Source: Polyangiaceae bacterium | GTDB lineage: Bacteria > Myxococcota_A > Polyangia > Polyangiales > Polyangiaceae | Length of the DNA stretch: 64,000 bases | Direction: 5' to 3' | Assembly: GCA_035063585.1 (NCBI GenBank) | Contig: JAPSGB010000010.1 | Coordinates: 32,001-96,000 of the forward strand | Part shown: piece by piece, positions 48,200 through 57,986 of the stretch | Layout of the letters: each line of letters opens with the position of its first letter | How positions within the stretch are numbered: position 1 is the first letter of the stretch | The notes under the pieces: generated by a model | The model's input: the letters and a program-made list of their open reading frames with translations, nothing else | Databases searched by the model: none | What the model was told of the DNA's origin: nothing | Position numbers and translations under genes: made by a program

Positions 48200-49649
48200 C
48201 CCGAAGCAGTGGCCGTTCGAGATCCCCGGGGTCGAGGTCGTCTCGGCGCGGAGCTACCTCACGCGGCCGGAGTTCAGCGCGCTCCGGGGCGCCAAGGTCT
48301 TCAACCTCTGCAAGTCCTACCGCTACCAGAGCCTCGGTTACTACGTGTCGCTCCTCGCCGCGGCGCGCGGGCACAAGCCGGTCCCCAACGTGGCGACCAT
48401 CCAGGACCTCAAGGCGACCGAGATCGTCCGCATCCGCTCCGACGACCTCGACGCGCTCATTCAGCAGAGCCTCGCCTCGATTCAGTCGAGCCAGTTCGTG
48501 CTCAGCATCTATTTCGGACGAAACCTCGCCAAGCGCTACGACCGCCTGGCGACGCGGCTGTTCAAGCATTTTCACGTCCCGCTCCTCCGCGCGACGTTCA
48601 CGCGCTCGCGCGGTGGCCACTGGTTCCTCCAGAGCATCGTGCCGATTTCGTCCGATGAGATCCCGGAGACGCACCACCCCTTCGTGCTCGAGGTGGCCAC
48701 CGCGTACTTCGACAGCAAGCGCTGGTCGTCGCCGCGCCGCCGCGTCGCACGCTACGAGCTCGCCATCCTCTGGGACCCCGAGGACGAGGAGCCGCCTTCG
48801 AACGAGCGCTCGATCCAGAAGTTCATCAAGGCCGCGCAGGGCCTCGGGATGGAAGCCTCGACCATCCAGAAGGACGGCTACGCGAGCCTCGCCGAGTACG
48901 ACGCGCTCTTCATTCGCGAGACGACCAACGTCAATCACCACACCTACCGCTTCGCGCGGCGCGCCTTCGCCGAGGGGATGGTCGTCATCGACGACCCCGA
49001 CTCCATCCTCCGCTGCACGAACAAGGTCTACTTGAAGGAGCTCCTCGAGCACCACAGGGTGGCCTGCCCGCGGACGGTCATCATGCACCGCGACAACCTC
49101 GACGACATCGAGCGTGAGCTCGGCTTCCCGTGCATCCTGAAACAACCGGACGGTGCGTTCTCGCAGGGCGTCGTCAAGGTCACCGACGCGGACGCGCTCT
49201 ACCACCAGGCAGAGACCATGCTGGCGCGCTCGGAGCTCATCATCGCGCAAGAGTTCATGCCGACCGAGTTCGACTGGCGAGTCGGTGTCCTCGGTCAGCG
49301 ACCGCTCTGGGTCGCGAAGTACCACATGGCTCCGCACCACTGGCAGATCATCCAGAATCGTCCGGGCGGCGCGCGCCGCTACGGTCGCGTGGAGGCGCTT
49401 GCCCTCGACGCGGCGCCGCCCGCGGTCGTAAAGACCGCGCTCCGCGCCGCCGAGCTCATCGGCGACGGGCTCTACGGCGTGGACCTCAAGCAGGTCGGCC
49501 GGCACGTCTACGTGGTCGAGGTCAACGACAACCCATCGATCGACGCCGGCTGCGAGGACGCCGTCCTCAAGGACGCGCTCTACGAGAGCGTGATGCGGGT
49601 GTTCGTCGAGCGGCTCGAGGCGCGACAGCGAGGGAGTCAGCTCCGATGA
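48174..49649 (+). CDS. RimK-like ATP-grasp ligase with an N-terminal RLAN-type domain
   Basis: NLCKSYRYQSLGYYVSLLAAARGH, ALFIRETT, KQPDGAFSQGV, QEFMPT, YGVDLK and EVNDNP motifs. Confidence 0.9.
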   Translation: MRALIVVNSPKQWPFEIPGVEVVSARSYLTRPEFSALRGAKVFNLCKSYRYQSLGYYVSLLAAARGHKPVPNVATIQDLKATEIVRIRSDDLDALIQQSLASIQSSQFVLSIYFGRNLAKRYDRLATRLFKHFHVPLLRATFTRSRGGHWFLQSIVPISSDEIPETHHPFVLEVATAYFDSKRWSSPRRRVARYELAILWDPEDEEPPSNERSIQKFIKAAQGLGMEASTIQKDGYASLAEYDALFIRETTNVNHHTYRFARRAFAEGMVVIDDPDSILRCTNKVYLKELLEHHRVACPRTVIMHRDNLDDIERELGFPCILKQPDGAFSQGVVKVTDADALYHQAETMLARSELIIAQEFMPTEFDWRVGVLGQRPLWVAKYHMAPHHWQIIQNRPGGARRYGRVEALALDAAPPAVVKTALRAAELIGDGLYGVDLKQVGRHVYVVEVNDNPSIDAGCEDAVLKDALYESVMRVFVERLEARQRGSQLR

Positions 49650-50911
49650 CGCACGAAGGAGAGGCCCGCGCCGCACGGCTCGGCCTGTTCGCCGCGACCG
49701 GGATCGAGATCGAGTACATGATCGTCGATCGGGAGCGGCTCTCGGTCTTGCCGGTGTGCGACGAGCTCATCCGGGCAGCCGTGGGCCGAGTCGAGTCGGA
49801 GATCGAGCGGGGCGCGCTCGCCTGGTCGAACGAGCTCGTGCTCCACGTGGTCGAGCTCAAGACGAACGGTCCGGCGCGAACCCTCGACGGGCTCGCGAGC
49901 GTGTTCGCCGCCGACGTTCGCCGAATCGACGACTTGCTCGCGCCGCTCGGCGGCCGGCTCATGCCGACCGCGATGCACCCGCTCATGAACCCGGACCGCG
50001 AGACGGTGCTCTGGCCGCACGACTATAGCGAGGTCTACCAGACCTTCGACCGGATCTTCGACTGCCGCGGGCACGGGTGGTCGAACCTGCAGAGCGTGCA
50101 CATCAACCTCCCGTTCGGCGACGACCAGGAGTTCGGCCGGCTCCACGCCGCGATCCGGCTCGTCTTGCCGCTCCTGCCGTTCTTGGCGGCGAGCTCACCG
50201 CTCGTGGAGGGGCGCTTCACCGGGCTCGCCGACAATCGCCTCGAGTATTACCGGATGAACTGCCGCCGCATCCCCTCGATCACCGCGCACGTGGTGCCCG
50301 AGCAGGTGTTCTCCCAGGCCGACTATGAAGCGCGGATCTTTCGCCCCATCGCCGAGGCGGTCGCGCCCTTCGACGCGGACGGCGTGCTCGACCCCGAGTG
50401 GACGAACGCGCGCGGTGCCATCGCGCGCTTCGACCGCTCCGCCATCGAGATCCGGTTGCTCGACGTGCAGGAGTGCCCGCGGGCCGACCTCGCCGTGGTG
50501 AGCGTGATCGTCGCGCTGGTACGGGCCTTGGTCGAGGAGCGCTGGGCGCCGGGAGCCCGGCAGCGAGCGCTCGACGAGCGCCGGCTCGAGGCGGTGCTCC
50601 TCGCGGGCATCGCAGGTGGCAGCGCCGCCACCGTGGATGATGGTGATTTGGCCACGCTGGTCGGGGCTGGCGCGCGCGGCCCCGTCGACGGACGCGCGCT
50701 CTGGGGAGCCATCGCCGAGCGGCTGGTCGCCGAGGGCCTGCTCGCGGGCAGCGGCGAGTGGGCGGCGCCGTTCGAGCGGTTCCTCTCCGAGGGCACGCTC
50801 GCCGAGCGGATCGAGCGCGCGATCGGCGCGCCGAGCCCGGGGCGCATCTTCGAGGTCTACGGCTCACTCAGCGAATGCCTCCACCATGGCACTCTCTTCT
50901 CCGCGCCGTGA
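49646..50911 (+). CDS. Glutamate--cysteine ligase family (GCS2-like) carboxylate-amine ligase
   Basis: GIEIEYMIVD, NELVLHVVELKT, SVHINLP and AIEIRLLD motifs; ATGA overlap. Confidence 0.88.
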   Translation: MTHEGEARAARLGLFAATGIEIEYMIVDRERLSVLPVCDELIRAAVGRVESEIERGALAWSNELVLHVVELKTNGPARTLDGLASVFAADVRRIDDLLAPLGGRLMPTAMHPLMNPDRETVLWPHDYSEVYQTFDRIFDCRGHGWSNLQSVHINLPFGDDQEFGRLHAAIRLVLPLLPFLAASSPLVEGRFTGLADNRLEYYRMNCRRIPSITAHVVPEQVFSQADYEARIFRPIAEAVAPFDADGVLDPEWTNARGAIARFDRSAIEIRLLDVQECPRADLAVVSVIVALVRALVEERWAPGARQRALDERRLEAVLLAGIAGGSAATVDDGDLATLVGAGARGPVDGRALWGAIAERLVAEGLLAGSGEWAAPFERFLSEGTLAERIERAIGAPSPGRIFEVYGSLSECLHHGTLFSAP

Positions 50912-51609
50912 AGACCTTCCCTCGAAATATCGTGGTGAGCTGTGAGCACGGCGGGAACCGCATCCCGGCCGCGTACGCCGGGCTATTTCGCGGCGCGACG
51001 CGCCTGCTCGCGAGCCATCGTGGCTGGGACGCGGGCGCGCTCGTGCTCGCGCGAGAGCTCGCTCGAGCGCTCTCGGCGGATCACGTGTTCGCGACGACCT
51101 CGCGGCTGCTCGTGGACTTGAATCGCTCGCCCGGGCATCCCGCGCAGTTCTCGGAGTTTACCCGCGCGCTACCGCGCGAGCAGCGTGACGCCATCGCGCG
51201 CCGTCACCACGCGCCCTACCGGCGAAAGGTCACGGAGCTGGTCGCGCGCGCGCCGGCGGTGCACCTGTCCGTGCACTCGTTCACGCCGATCTTCCACGGC
51301 GAGCCGCGTCGCGCCGAGCTCGGGCTCCTCTACGATCCGTCGCGAGCGCGCGAGCGCGCGCTCGCCGACGCGCTCGCGCTCGCGCTCGCCGCCCGCGCGC
51401 CCGAGCTTCGCGTGCGACGGAATTACCCCTACCGCGGCACCTCGGATGGCCTCGCCGAGACGCTCCGCCGCGCGCTCCCGCCCGCCGCGTTCATCGGCCT
51501 CGAGCTCGAGCTGAGCCAGGCCATCGTGCGGCGTCCGACGCGTTTTCGCGCGACGCGGCGCGCGCTCATCGCGGCGTTGGTCGAGGTCCTCCGCCCGGAG
51601 TCGCGCTGA
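50908..51609 (+). CDS. N-formylglutamate amidohydrolase-family protein
   Basis: SCEHGGN, HRGWDAGA, SRLLVDLNR, SVHSFTP, NYPY and ELE motifs; GTGA overlap. Confidence 0.88.
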   Translation: MKTFPRNIVVSCEHGGNRIPAAYAGLFRGATRLLASHRGWDAGALVLARELARALSADHVFATTSRLLVDLNRSPGHPAQFSEFTRALPREQRDAIARRHHAPYRRKVTELVARAPAVHLSVHSFTPIFHGEPRRAELGLLYDPSRARERALADALALALAARAPELRVRRNYPYRGTSDGLAETLRRALPPAAFIGLELELSQAIVRRPTRFRATRRALIAALVEVLRPESR

Positions 51610-51620
51610 AACCGCACGGC

Positions 51621-52322
51621 TCAGACGGCGCAGGCGAGCTCGGTGGGCCCGGAGAGCGTCACCGATTTCGCGACCGCGCTCGCGAGCCGCTCGAGGTACC
51701 GGGCGCGCGAGAGCTCGCGCGCGCCGAGGCTCGCGAGGTGCGGCGTCAGGAACTGCACGTCGAACAGCTCGAGGCCCGCGTCGAAGAGGGTGGTCACCGC
51801 CATGACCAGCGCGACCTTGGAGGCGTCGGTGCGCCGGTGGAACATGCTCTCGCCCGCGAAGAACCCGCCGAGGTGGACGCCATAGAGCCCACCCACGAGC
51901 TCCCCGTCTTGCCAGACCTCGAAGCTTCTCGCGCGCCCGCGCGCGAAGAGCCGGGTATAGGCCGCGATCATCTCCGGGAAGATCCAGGTGCCCTCCTCGC
52001 GCTCGGCGCAGCCGAGCATGACCTCGGTGAAGGCGCGATCACGCGTGACCGTGAAGGGACCGTGGCGGAGCACCCGCCGCAGGCTTCTCGAGATGCGGAG
52101 GTCCGCCCCTTCGATGATGGCGCGGGGATCCGGGCTCCACCAGAGCGGCGGATCCGAGGCGCCGTACCACGGGAAGATCCCGCGCTCATAGGCGAGCGTG
52201 AGCCGCTCCGGCGAGAGATCCCCTCCCACTGCGAGCAGGCCCTCGGCGTCCGCTTCGCGCGGCTCGGGGAAGCTCGGCGGGCCCTCGACCTCGAGCCACA
52301 CCGGCAAGCTGCGACGCCCCAT
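51621..52322 (-). CDS. aat: Leucyl/phenylalanyl-tRNA--protein transferase
   Basis: GLLAVGGDLS, AYERGIFPW, WWSPDPR, LVGGLYG, GESMF and ASKVAL motifs. Confidence 0.95.
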   Translation of the reverse strand: MGRRSLPVWLEVEGPPSFPEPREADAEGLLAVGGDLSPERLTLAYERGIFPWYGASDPPLWWSPDPRAIIEGADLRISRSLRRVLRHGPFTVTRDRAFTEVMLGCAEREEGTWIFPEMIAAYTRLFARGRARSFEVWQDGELVGGLYGVHLGGFFAGESMFHRRTDASKVALVMAVTTLFDAGLELFDVQFLTPHLASLGARELSRARYLERLASAVAKSVTLSGPTELACAV

Positions 52323-52434
52323 CCCGGTTAGGTAGTCCTCGTTCGTGAGCGCGCAAGGCCCTCGCCGGGTGGTCTCGCGGCGTTTCCGCGGCCATCTCGG
52401 ATGATGGGGTGTGGTAGTGGTGGGGCGGCCTCGG

Positions 52435-53745
52435 ATGCGCCTCCTCCGCATTTGGCTTCGCACCGTCACGATCACGCTCGTGTGCCTCGTCGCGCTCGCG
52501 GGTTACCTCGCGCGGCGCGTGCTCGCGGGGCGGAGCACCGCCGAGGCTCGCGAGCGGCTACGCGGCGAGAGCCTCTCGCGGCTCCTCGAGCGGCTAGGCG
52601 CCACCTTCATCAAGTTCGGGCAGATCCTGAGCACTCGCCCCGATTTGCTCGGCCCTGGTTACATCGAACCCCTCGCGCGCCTGCAGGACTCGGTGCCGCC
52701 CGCGCCGTTCGAGGCCATCGAGGCGATGCTCGCGCGAGAGCTCTCGCCGAGAGAGCGTGCGCGTATCGTCACGCTCGAGCCCATGCCGATCGCGGCCGCG
52801 TCGGTGGCGCAGGTCCACCGCGGAGTGCTCGACGACGAACGGGTGGTCGCGGTCAAGGCTCAGCGGCCCGAGGTGGAGGCGCAGGTCGATCGTGATCTGT
52901 CCATCCTGAGTTTTGGCGCGAGGCTCCTCGACCGTATCCCCACGGTCCGCATGCTGAGCTTGCCCGGCTCGGTGGCGCGGTTCGCGGTCGCGCTCCGCGG
53001 GCAGCTCGATTTTCGCGCCGAGGCCGACAATAATCGGCGTTTTGCCAAGAATTTTTCCGGGGTCCCCAACGTGGGCGTGCCCGGGTTGGTCGACGACCTC
53101 TGCACGCGCCGGGTGCTCGTCATGGACTTCATCGAGGGTGTCAAGGCGACCGAGCCCGAGAAGGTCGGCGGCGACCGCGCCGCGCTCGCGCGCGTGGGCG
53201 GCGAGACGGTGCTGAAGATGGTGTTCCACGACGGCTTCGTGCACGCCGATCTCCACCCCGGGAACATCATCCTCACGCCGGACGGCCGTGTGGTGCTCAT
53301 CGATCTCGGGATGGTGACCGACATTCCGGGCGAGCTGCTGCGCCCCTGGGTCGAGACGTTCCTCGCGCTCGCGCAGCAGGACAGCGCGCGCGTGGCCGAG
53401 CTCTTCTACGTCTACGCCCCCAGCGTCGCGACCCCGGACTATGCGGCGTATCAGCGGGACGTCGAGGAGAACCTCGCGGGCCTCTACGGCAAGAAGCTCG
53501 GGGAGGTCGAGATCAGCGAAGCGGTGAGTAGCATGATGAACGTGCTGCGGAAGCACCGGGTGCAGGTGGATCCGACCTTCACGGTGGTGAACATCGCGCT
53601 CTTGGTCGCCGAGGGGCTCGGCAAGCAGCTCGACCCCACCATCGATCTGATGCCCATGGCGATGCCTTACCTCTCCGAGGCCATGCTCACTGCGCCGCCC
53701 GGGCGCGCGCCGCTGCGAGAGCTACCGGCGGCGGTCGCCGGGTGA
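52435..53745 (+). CDS. ABC1/UbiB-family atypical kinase
   Basis: FIKFGQILSTRPD, AAASVAQVH, VAVK, HADLHPGN and DLGMV motifs. Confidence 0.92.
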   Translation: MRLLRIWLRTVTITLVCLVALAGYLARRVLAGRSTAEARERLRGESLSRLLERLGATFIKFGQILSTRPDLLGPGYIEPLARLQDSVPPAPFEAIEAMLARELSPRERARIVTLEPMPIAAASVAQVHRGVLDDERVVAVKAQRPEVEAQVDRDLSILSFGARLLDRIPTVRMLSLPGSVARFAVALRGQLDFRAEADNNRRFAKNFSGVPNVGVPGLVDDLCTRRVLVMDFIEGVKATEPEKVGGDRAALARVGGETVLKMVFHDGFVHADLHPGNIILTPDGRVVLIDLGMVTDIPGELLRPWVETFLALAQQDSARVAELFYVYAPSVATPDYAAYQRDVEENLAGLYGKKLGEVEISEAVSSMMNVLRKHRVQVDPTFTVVNIALLVAEGLGKQLDPTIDLMPMAMPYLSEAMLTAPPGRAPLRELPAAVAG

Positions 53746-53829
53746 GTGGCTCGCGCGCCCATCGCGGGCGCGGCGGCGGTATACTCGGTCGTTCCCGCGA
53801 ATGAGGATGCGAGGAGAGGCGAACTCGAC

Positions 53830-54855
53830 ATGAGCTACGGAAGGAACCTGGACCGGATCGCGGGCGGACTCTCGCGCCTCATCCACTTGCGCGGCGCAAG
53901 AGACAACACGCTCGCCGACATCGGGCTCTATCTCGACTTGCCCGTCGAGGAGATGTTCCCGGCGCCCCGGCTGCCGCGAGACCTCGTCCAAACGCGCTCG
54001 CTCGTCGATCGCGCGCTCTCCACCACGACGCTCCGCTGGACGAGTGGACATGAGGTCATCTCCGCCGCGTACCGCGCGCGGCACGAGACGGTGTACCGCT
54101 CGAACCTCACCGCGTGGGCGCGCTGGGTCCGGCCCGAGGGCGCGAAGCGGCGGGCGTGCCTGCTCTACGTCCACGGGTGGCTCGAGCCCGGCTCGTGGGC
54201 GGAGGAGGCGACCCTCTTTCGCAAGTGGGCGCGAGAGCTCGACGTCGACCTCGTGCACGTCTCGCTGCCGTTTCACGGCAAGCGGATGCCCCGCGGGTCG
54301 CTCTTCTCGGGGGAGCTGTTCTGGACGGCCGATCTGGTGCGCTCCATCGAGGGCGTGCGGCAGGCGCTCTTCGACGCGCGGACGATGATGGCCTGGCTCC
54401 GCGAGCAGGGCTACGAGGAAATCGGCGTCACCGGGCTCAGCCTCGGCGGCGCGCTCACCATGCTCTTCGCGTGCGTCGAGCCGCTCCCCGACTACATCGC
54501 GCCGCTCATGGGGCACCTCAAGCTCGACGACGCGGTCGAGCACGCGCCCATCCTGTGGCGGGTGAAGCACGACCTCGAGCGCTGGGGGATTCACGAGACG
54601 GAGCGCCGCCGACTCTTCGAGCACCTCCGCTGGGGTCACTATCCGCCGATCCTGCCGCCCGAGCGTCAGCTCTGGGTCCTCGCTCGCGAGGACGTATACA
54701 TCGCGGCTCGGCCAGCCGAAGAGCAGCGGCGCGAGTGGGGCGAGCCAGAGGTGCTCTGGATCGACGGCGGACACATGACGTTCCCGCTGGAGATTGGCCG
54801 CATCACGGACGCGCTCGGCGCGTTTCGCCGCCGGCTCGCTGCCTCGCGCGGCTAG
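53830..54855 (+). CDS. Alpha/beta hydrolase
   Basis: VHGW, LPFHGKR, GLSLGG nucleophile elbow and GGH; RBS upstream of the ATG at 53830. Confidence 0.85.
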   Translation: MSYGRNLDRIAGGLSRLIHLRGARDNTLADIGLYLDLPVEEMFPAPRLPRDLVQTRSLVDRALSTTTLRWTSGHEVISAAYRARHETVYRSNLTAWARWVRPEGAKRRACLLYVHGWLEPGSWAEEATLFRKWARELDVDLVHVSLPFHGKRMPRGSLFSGELFWTADLVRSIEGVRQALFDARTMMAWLREQGYEEIGVTGLSLGGALTMLFACVEPLPDYIAPLMGHLKLDDAVEHAPILWRVKHDLERWGIHETERRRLFEHLRWGHYPPILPPERQLWVLAREDVYIAARPAEEQRREWGEPEVLWIDGGHMTFPLEIGRITDALGAFRRRLAASRG

Positions 54856-55238
54856 CTCTGCCCGCCCGCGACGATGTCATCGCCGGTGCCCGGCTTGCCG
54901 TCGCGGCCGGCCGAGCGCACCGTCACCTGGCTGCCGTCGCACACCACGCGAAAACGCTCGCCCCAGGGATCGGCAGCGGCGGTGTCGTTCGAGAGCGCGC
55001 TGTCGTACTCGAGCTGGCTGATGGTCGGGCAGCCCGAGCCGTTCGCGGTGCGCCAGTCGAGGACGGCGCGGCGGATGCGCTCCGCGGCCTCCACCGCCGA
55101 GCGCGTCTCGTCGGCCGTGTGGCGCGGGCCCATCACGAAGGCGGCCGCGCCGCCGACCACGGCGAGCAGCGCTACCACGGCACCGAGCTCGATGACCGTG
55201 ACGCCGCGTTGGCGAGCTCTCGAGCGATGAGCGGACAT
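54852..55238 (-). CDS. GspG-like pseudopilin / type IV pilin-like protein
   Basis: RQRG|VTVIEL class III signal peptide, DPWG and SAGRDGKPGTGDDI motifs. Confidence 0.85.
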   Translation of the reverse strand: MSAHRSRARQRGVTVIELGAVVALLAVVGGAAAFVMGPRHTADETRSAVEAAERIRRAVLDWRTANGSGCPTISQLEYDSALSNDTAAADPWGERFRVVCDGSQVTVRSAGRDGKPGTGDDIVAGGQS

Positions 55239-55253
55239 GACGGGGATAGGATT

Positions 55254-55269
55254 AGCAAGGCGTGTGCCG
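55254..55269 (-). promoter_or_regulatory. Putative sigma54 promoter
   Basis: CGGCAC-N5-TTGCT on the minus strand with exact -24/-12 spacing. Confidence 0.62.
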
Positions 55270-55374
55270 TGCCTGAATTCTCGAATGATCCGGGGGAACC
55301 GCGCCTCGGTCACCCGACGGCGCTGTCATTGTGACTGCGGATCTCGCGCGCCCCTTGGCTCCCGTGACAACTTG

Positions 55375-56193
55375 TCAGCGAGCGGCGTCGCCGAAGGTGG
55401 CGATGAGGGCGCGGTGCGCCTCGAGCGCGGGCTCGGGCGCCTCGAGCTGCCCGGGGCGGAACCCCGTGGAGATCCGCTCGACGTCGACGAGCTCGCCCTC
55501 CACTCGGAAGCTCACCCGCCACTCCTTGAGCGCAAGCTCGAAGCTCCCGTCGGGCCGCTTTCGGATCCGCCGATAGGCGTGCGGAGTGGGCCCGAGCGCG
55601 AGGCGTCGCTCGATCTCTGGGGCGAGCTCCACCCCGAAGCGCTCGCGCAGCCACGTGAGCTCCGCCTCGGCGAGCGGTGCAAATCGCACCGACCACGCCG
55701 GCCCCGGATCGAGCACGCCCGCGGTCCGCCCGGGCCCCGCGCCGAGCCAACCCCCACCCGCCTCCGGGATGCTATCGGCGTAGGCGAGGTACGGCTTGAG
55801 ATCGAGCACGGGTGTGCCGTCGAGCATGTCGACGCCCGCTACCGACACGCGGAGCCCGCTCACCGAGGTGAGCTTCACGACCGAGAGCCCAATCGGGTTC
55901 GGCCGGTGCGGTGAGCGAGTGGCGAAGACGCCCCGGCGCCGGGCGCTCCGCGGCGGCGTGACCTTCGGTCGCCAGCCGGAGTTTCCGTGGAACCAGTAGA
56001 CGACCCACAGGTACTCGAAGCTCGCGAGATCCTCGAGCGCGTCCTCGAAGCCGTGCCCCGGGTCGAGCTCGATGACGCCGCTCGCGCCGCTCGCGCGACT
56101 CGGCTGGCGCGGCGCGTCCGCGCGCTCCCGGAAGGGCGAGCGGATGACGCCGATGGGGCGGACGGTGAGCTCCACGCTCGGCGACGCTACCAC
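55375..56193 (-). CDS. trmO: tRNA (t6A37)-N6-methyltransferase TrmO
   Basis: PIGVIRSPF, PRQP, GVFATRSPHRPNPIGLS and DGTPVLDLKPY motifs; start codon approximate. Confidence 0.92.
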   Translation of the reverse strand: MVASPSVELTVRPIGVIRSPFRERADAPRQPSRASGASGVIELDPGHGFEDALEDLASFEYLWVVYWFHGNSGWRPKVTPPRSARRRGVFATRSPHRPNPIGLSVVKLTSVSGLRVSVAGVDMLDGTPVLDLKPYLAYADSIPEAGGGWLGAGPGRTAGVLDPGPAWSVRFAPLAEAELTWLRERFGVELAPEIERRLALGPTPHAYRRIRKRPDGSFELALKEWRVSFRVEGELVDVERISTGFRPGQLEAPEPALEAHRALIATFGDAAR

Positions 56194-56237
56194 GCCGCGC
56201 CGTTGAACGCGGCCGGAGAGCGCGTCATGCTGTCCGG

Positions 56238-57818
56238 GTGAGGGCCGCGTCCCGCCTGGTCGCACCGCTCGCCTTCGCGCTGGCAGTCGCCGGCTGTGCG
56301 CGCGAAGGCGGCGACGCCGAGGGCGAGCCAGCGGAGCACGAGCCGCAGGATGAGTTCGCGCCGGTGGCCGCGCCGGTGGTGCGGGAGCGCGGACCGGTGC
56401 GACCGTCGTCCCGCGTCTCCTTCACGGTGCGCGATGCGGCGACCCACGAGCTCATCCCCTGCAAGCTCACCGTGCTCGGGGTCCATGGCTCGCCCGACCC
56501 CGAGTTCTCGAAGACCGACGTGCCGCGGGAGCTCGACGGCGCGGTCGCTGCCTATGAGCGTGTGTTCTCGCTGCGCGGCACCGGCAGCGTGCCCGTCCCG
56601 CACGGGACCTATGACGTCTACGTGAGCCGCGGACTCGAGTGGACACGCGCCGTGGTGCGCGGCCTCGAGGTCGGCTCGAGGGGCGCCGTGCTCGACGTCA
56701 CTCTCCAGCACGTGGTGCCGACCGACGGCTGGATCAGCGGCGATTTTCACGTCCACTCCGCGGCCTCCTGGGACTCCAAGGTGCCGATGCGCGCGCGGGT
56801 CTTCGAGTTCGCGTCCGACGGCGTCGAGGTGATGGTCTCGACCGACCACAACTTCGTGAGCGACTACGCGCCGTTCATCGAGGAGCTCGGCGCTGGCCGT
56901 TGGGTCACCAGCGTGATCGGCAGCGAGATCACCACGCGGAGTTGGGGTCACTTCGGCGCGTTCCCGCTGGTGCGCGATCCGAGCCAGGTGAACGGCGGCG
57001 CGATCCCCGTGAGGTCGCAGACACCCAAGCAGATCTTCGAGGCCGTGCGTCGCCGCTCACCGCCCGCGCTCATCGACGTGCACCACCCCCGGCTCGGTCG
57101 GCTCGGCTACTTCGATCGTGGTCACTTCGACGCGCCACGCGCCGAGTTCCTGAGCCCCGCCGGTACCTCGCTCGACTTCGACGCGCTCGAGATCCTGAAC
57201 GGCTTCCGCGACTCCGAGCGGCACGCCATCGACGACGTGCTGTCGGACTGGTTCCACCTCATCCTGCACGGCTACCGCTTTACCGGGACCGGCAACTCGG
57301 ACACGCACCACCCGCGCTTCAACATCGGCGGATACCCGCGAAACTTCGTGCGGGTCCCGAAGGACGTCCCTGCCGCGATCACCCCTGAGCTCCTCGCGCG
57401 CGCGGTCAAGGCAGGACACGCCTTCTTCACCACCGGACCCTTCCTCCGCCTCGAGGTGGACGGCGCTGGCATCGGCGACACCGTCACCGAGCGGAGCGGC
57501 AAGCTCCGCGGTCACCTCGAGGTCGACGCCGCGCCGTGGGTGAGCGTGACGGGGGTGCGCCTCTATGTCGACGGGCACGTCGCGCAGCGGTGGATGGTGC
57601 CGCCATCTTCCGCCGTCGCGCGCCTCCGCGCCGACTTCGAGCTCGCCGTCACGCGCGACGCCTTCGTGGTGCTCCGCGCCGGTGGCGACCAACCGCTCGC
57701 GCCGGTCGCTGGCGAACCGGGCGGGTTTCGCATCTACCCGATGGCGCTCACCAACCCGGTCTTCATCGACGTCGACGGCAACGGCCGCTACGACGCGCCG
57801 TTCCCGAGGTCCGACTGA
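56238..57818 (+). CDS. PHP-fold (CehA/McbA-like) metallohydrolase lipoprotein
   Basis: Lipobox VAGC; GDFHVHS, STDHN, GSEIT, GHF, HHP and GNSDTH motifs. Confidence 0.85.
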   Translation: MRAASRLVAPLAFALAVAGCAREGGDAEGEPAEHEPQDEFAPVAAPVVRERGPVRPSSRVSFTVRDAATHELIPCKLTVLGVHGSPDPEFSKTDVPRELDGAVAAYERVFSLRGTGSVPVPHGTYDVYVSRGLEWTRAVVRGLEVGSRGAVLDVTLQHVVPTDGWISGDFHVHSAASWDSKVPMRARVFEFASDGVEVMVSTDHNFVSDYAPFIEELGAGRWVTSVIGSEITTRSWGHFGAFPLVRDPSQVNGGAIPVRSQTPKQIFEAVRRRSPPALIDVHHPRLGRLGYFDRGHFDAPRAEFLSPAGTSLDFDALEILNGFRDSERHAIDDVLSDWFHLILHGYRFTGTGNSDTHHPRFNIGGYPRNFVRVPKDVPAAITPELLARAVKAGHAFFTTGPFLRLEVDGAGIGDTVTERSGKLRGHLEVDAAPWVSVTGVRLYVDGHVAQRWMVPPSSAVARLRADFELAVTRDAFVVLRAGGDQPLAPVAGEPGGFRIYPMALTNPVFIDVDGNGRYDAPFPRSD

Positions 57819-57986
57819 GCCTGGGCTCATCCGGTGCTCACCGCGACCAGCCGCGCCGTCGGGATGCCGCCGGTCCGTCGCGGCCGGCGGCGCGAGCCGG
57901 CGACGCTCGCGCCGCCGCGTCGAAGGGCGCATCGAGAGCGGCCCCTCGTCGAGCACGCCGGACGCTCGCGCGCTGGAGCGCTGCTC

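Noticed and set aside
51621..52322. aat as a fifth member of the ligase/peptidase operon
   Set aside because: It is on the opposite strand (convergent) and is a common housekeeping N-degron gene; there is no evidence of linkage beyond proximity.
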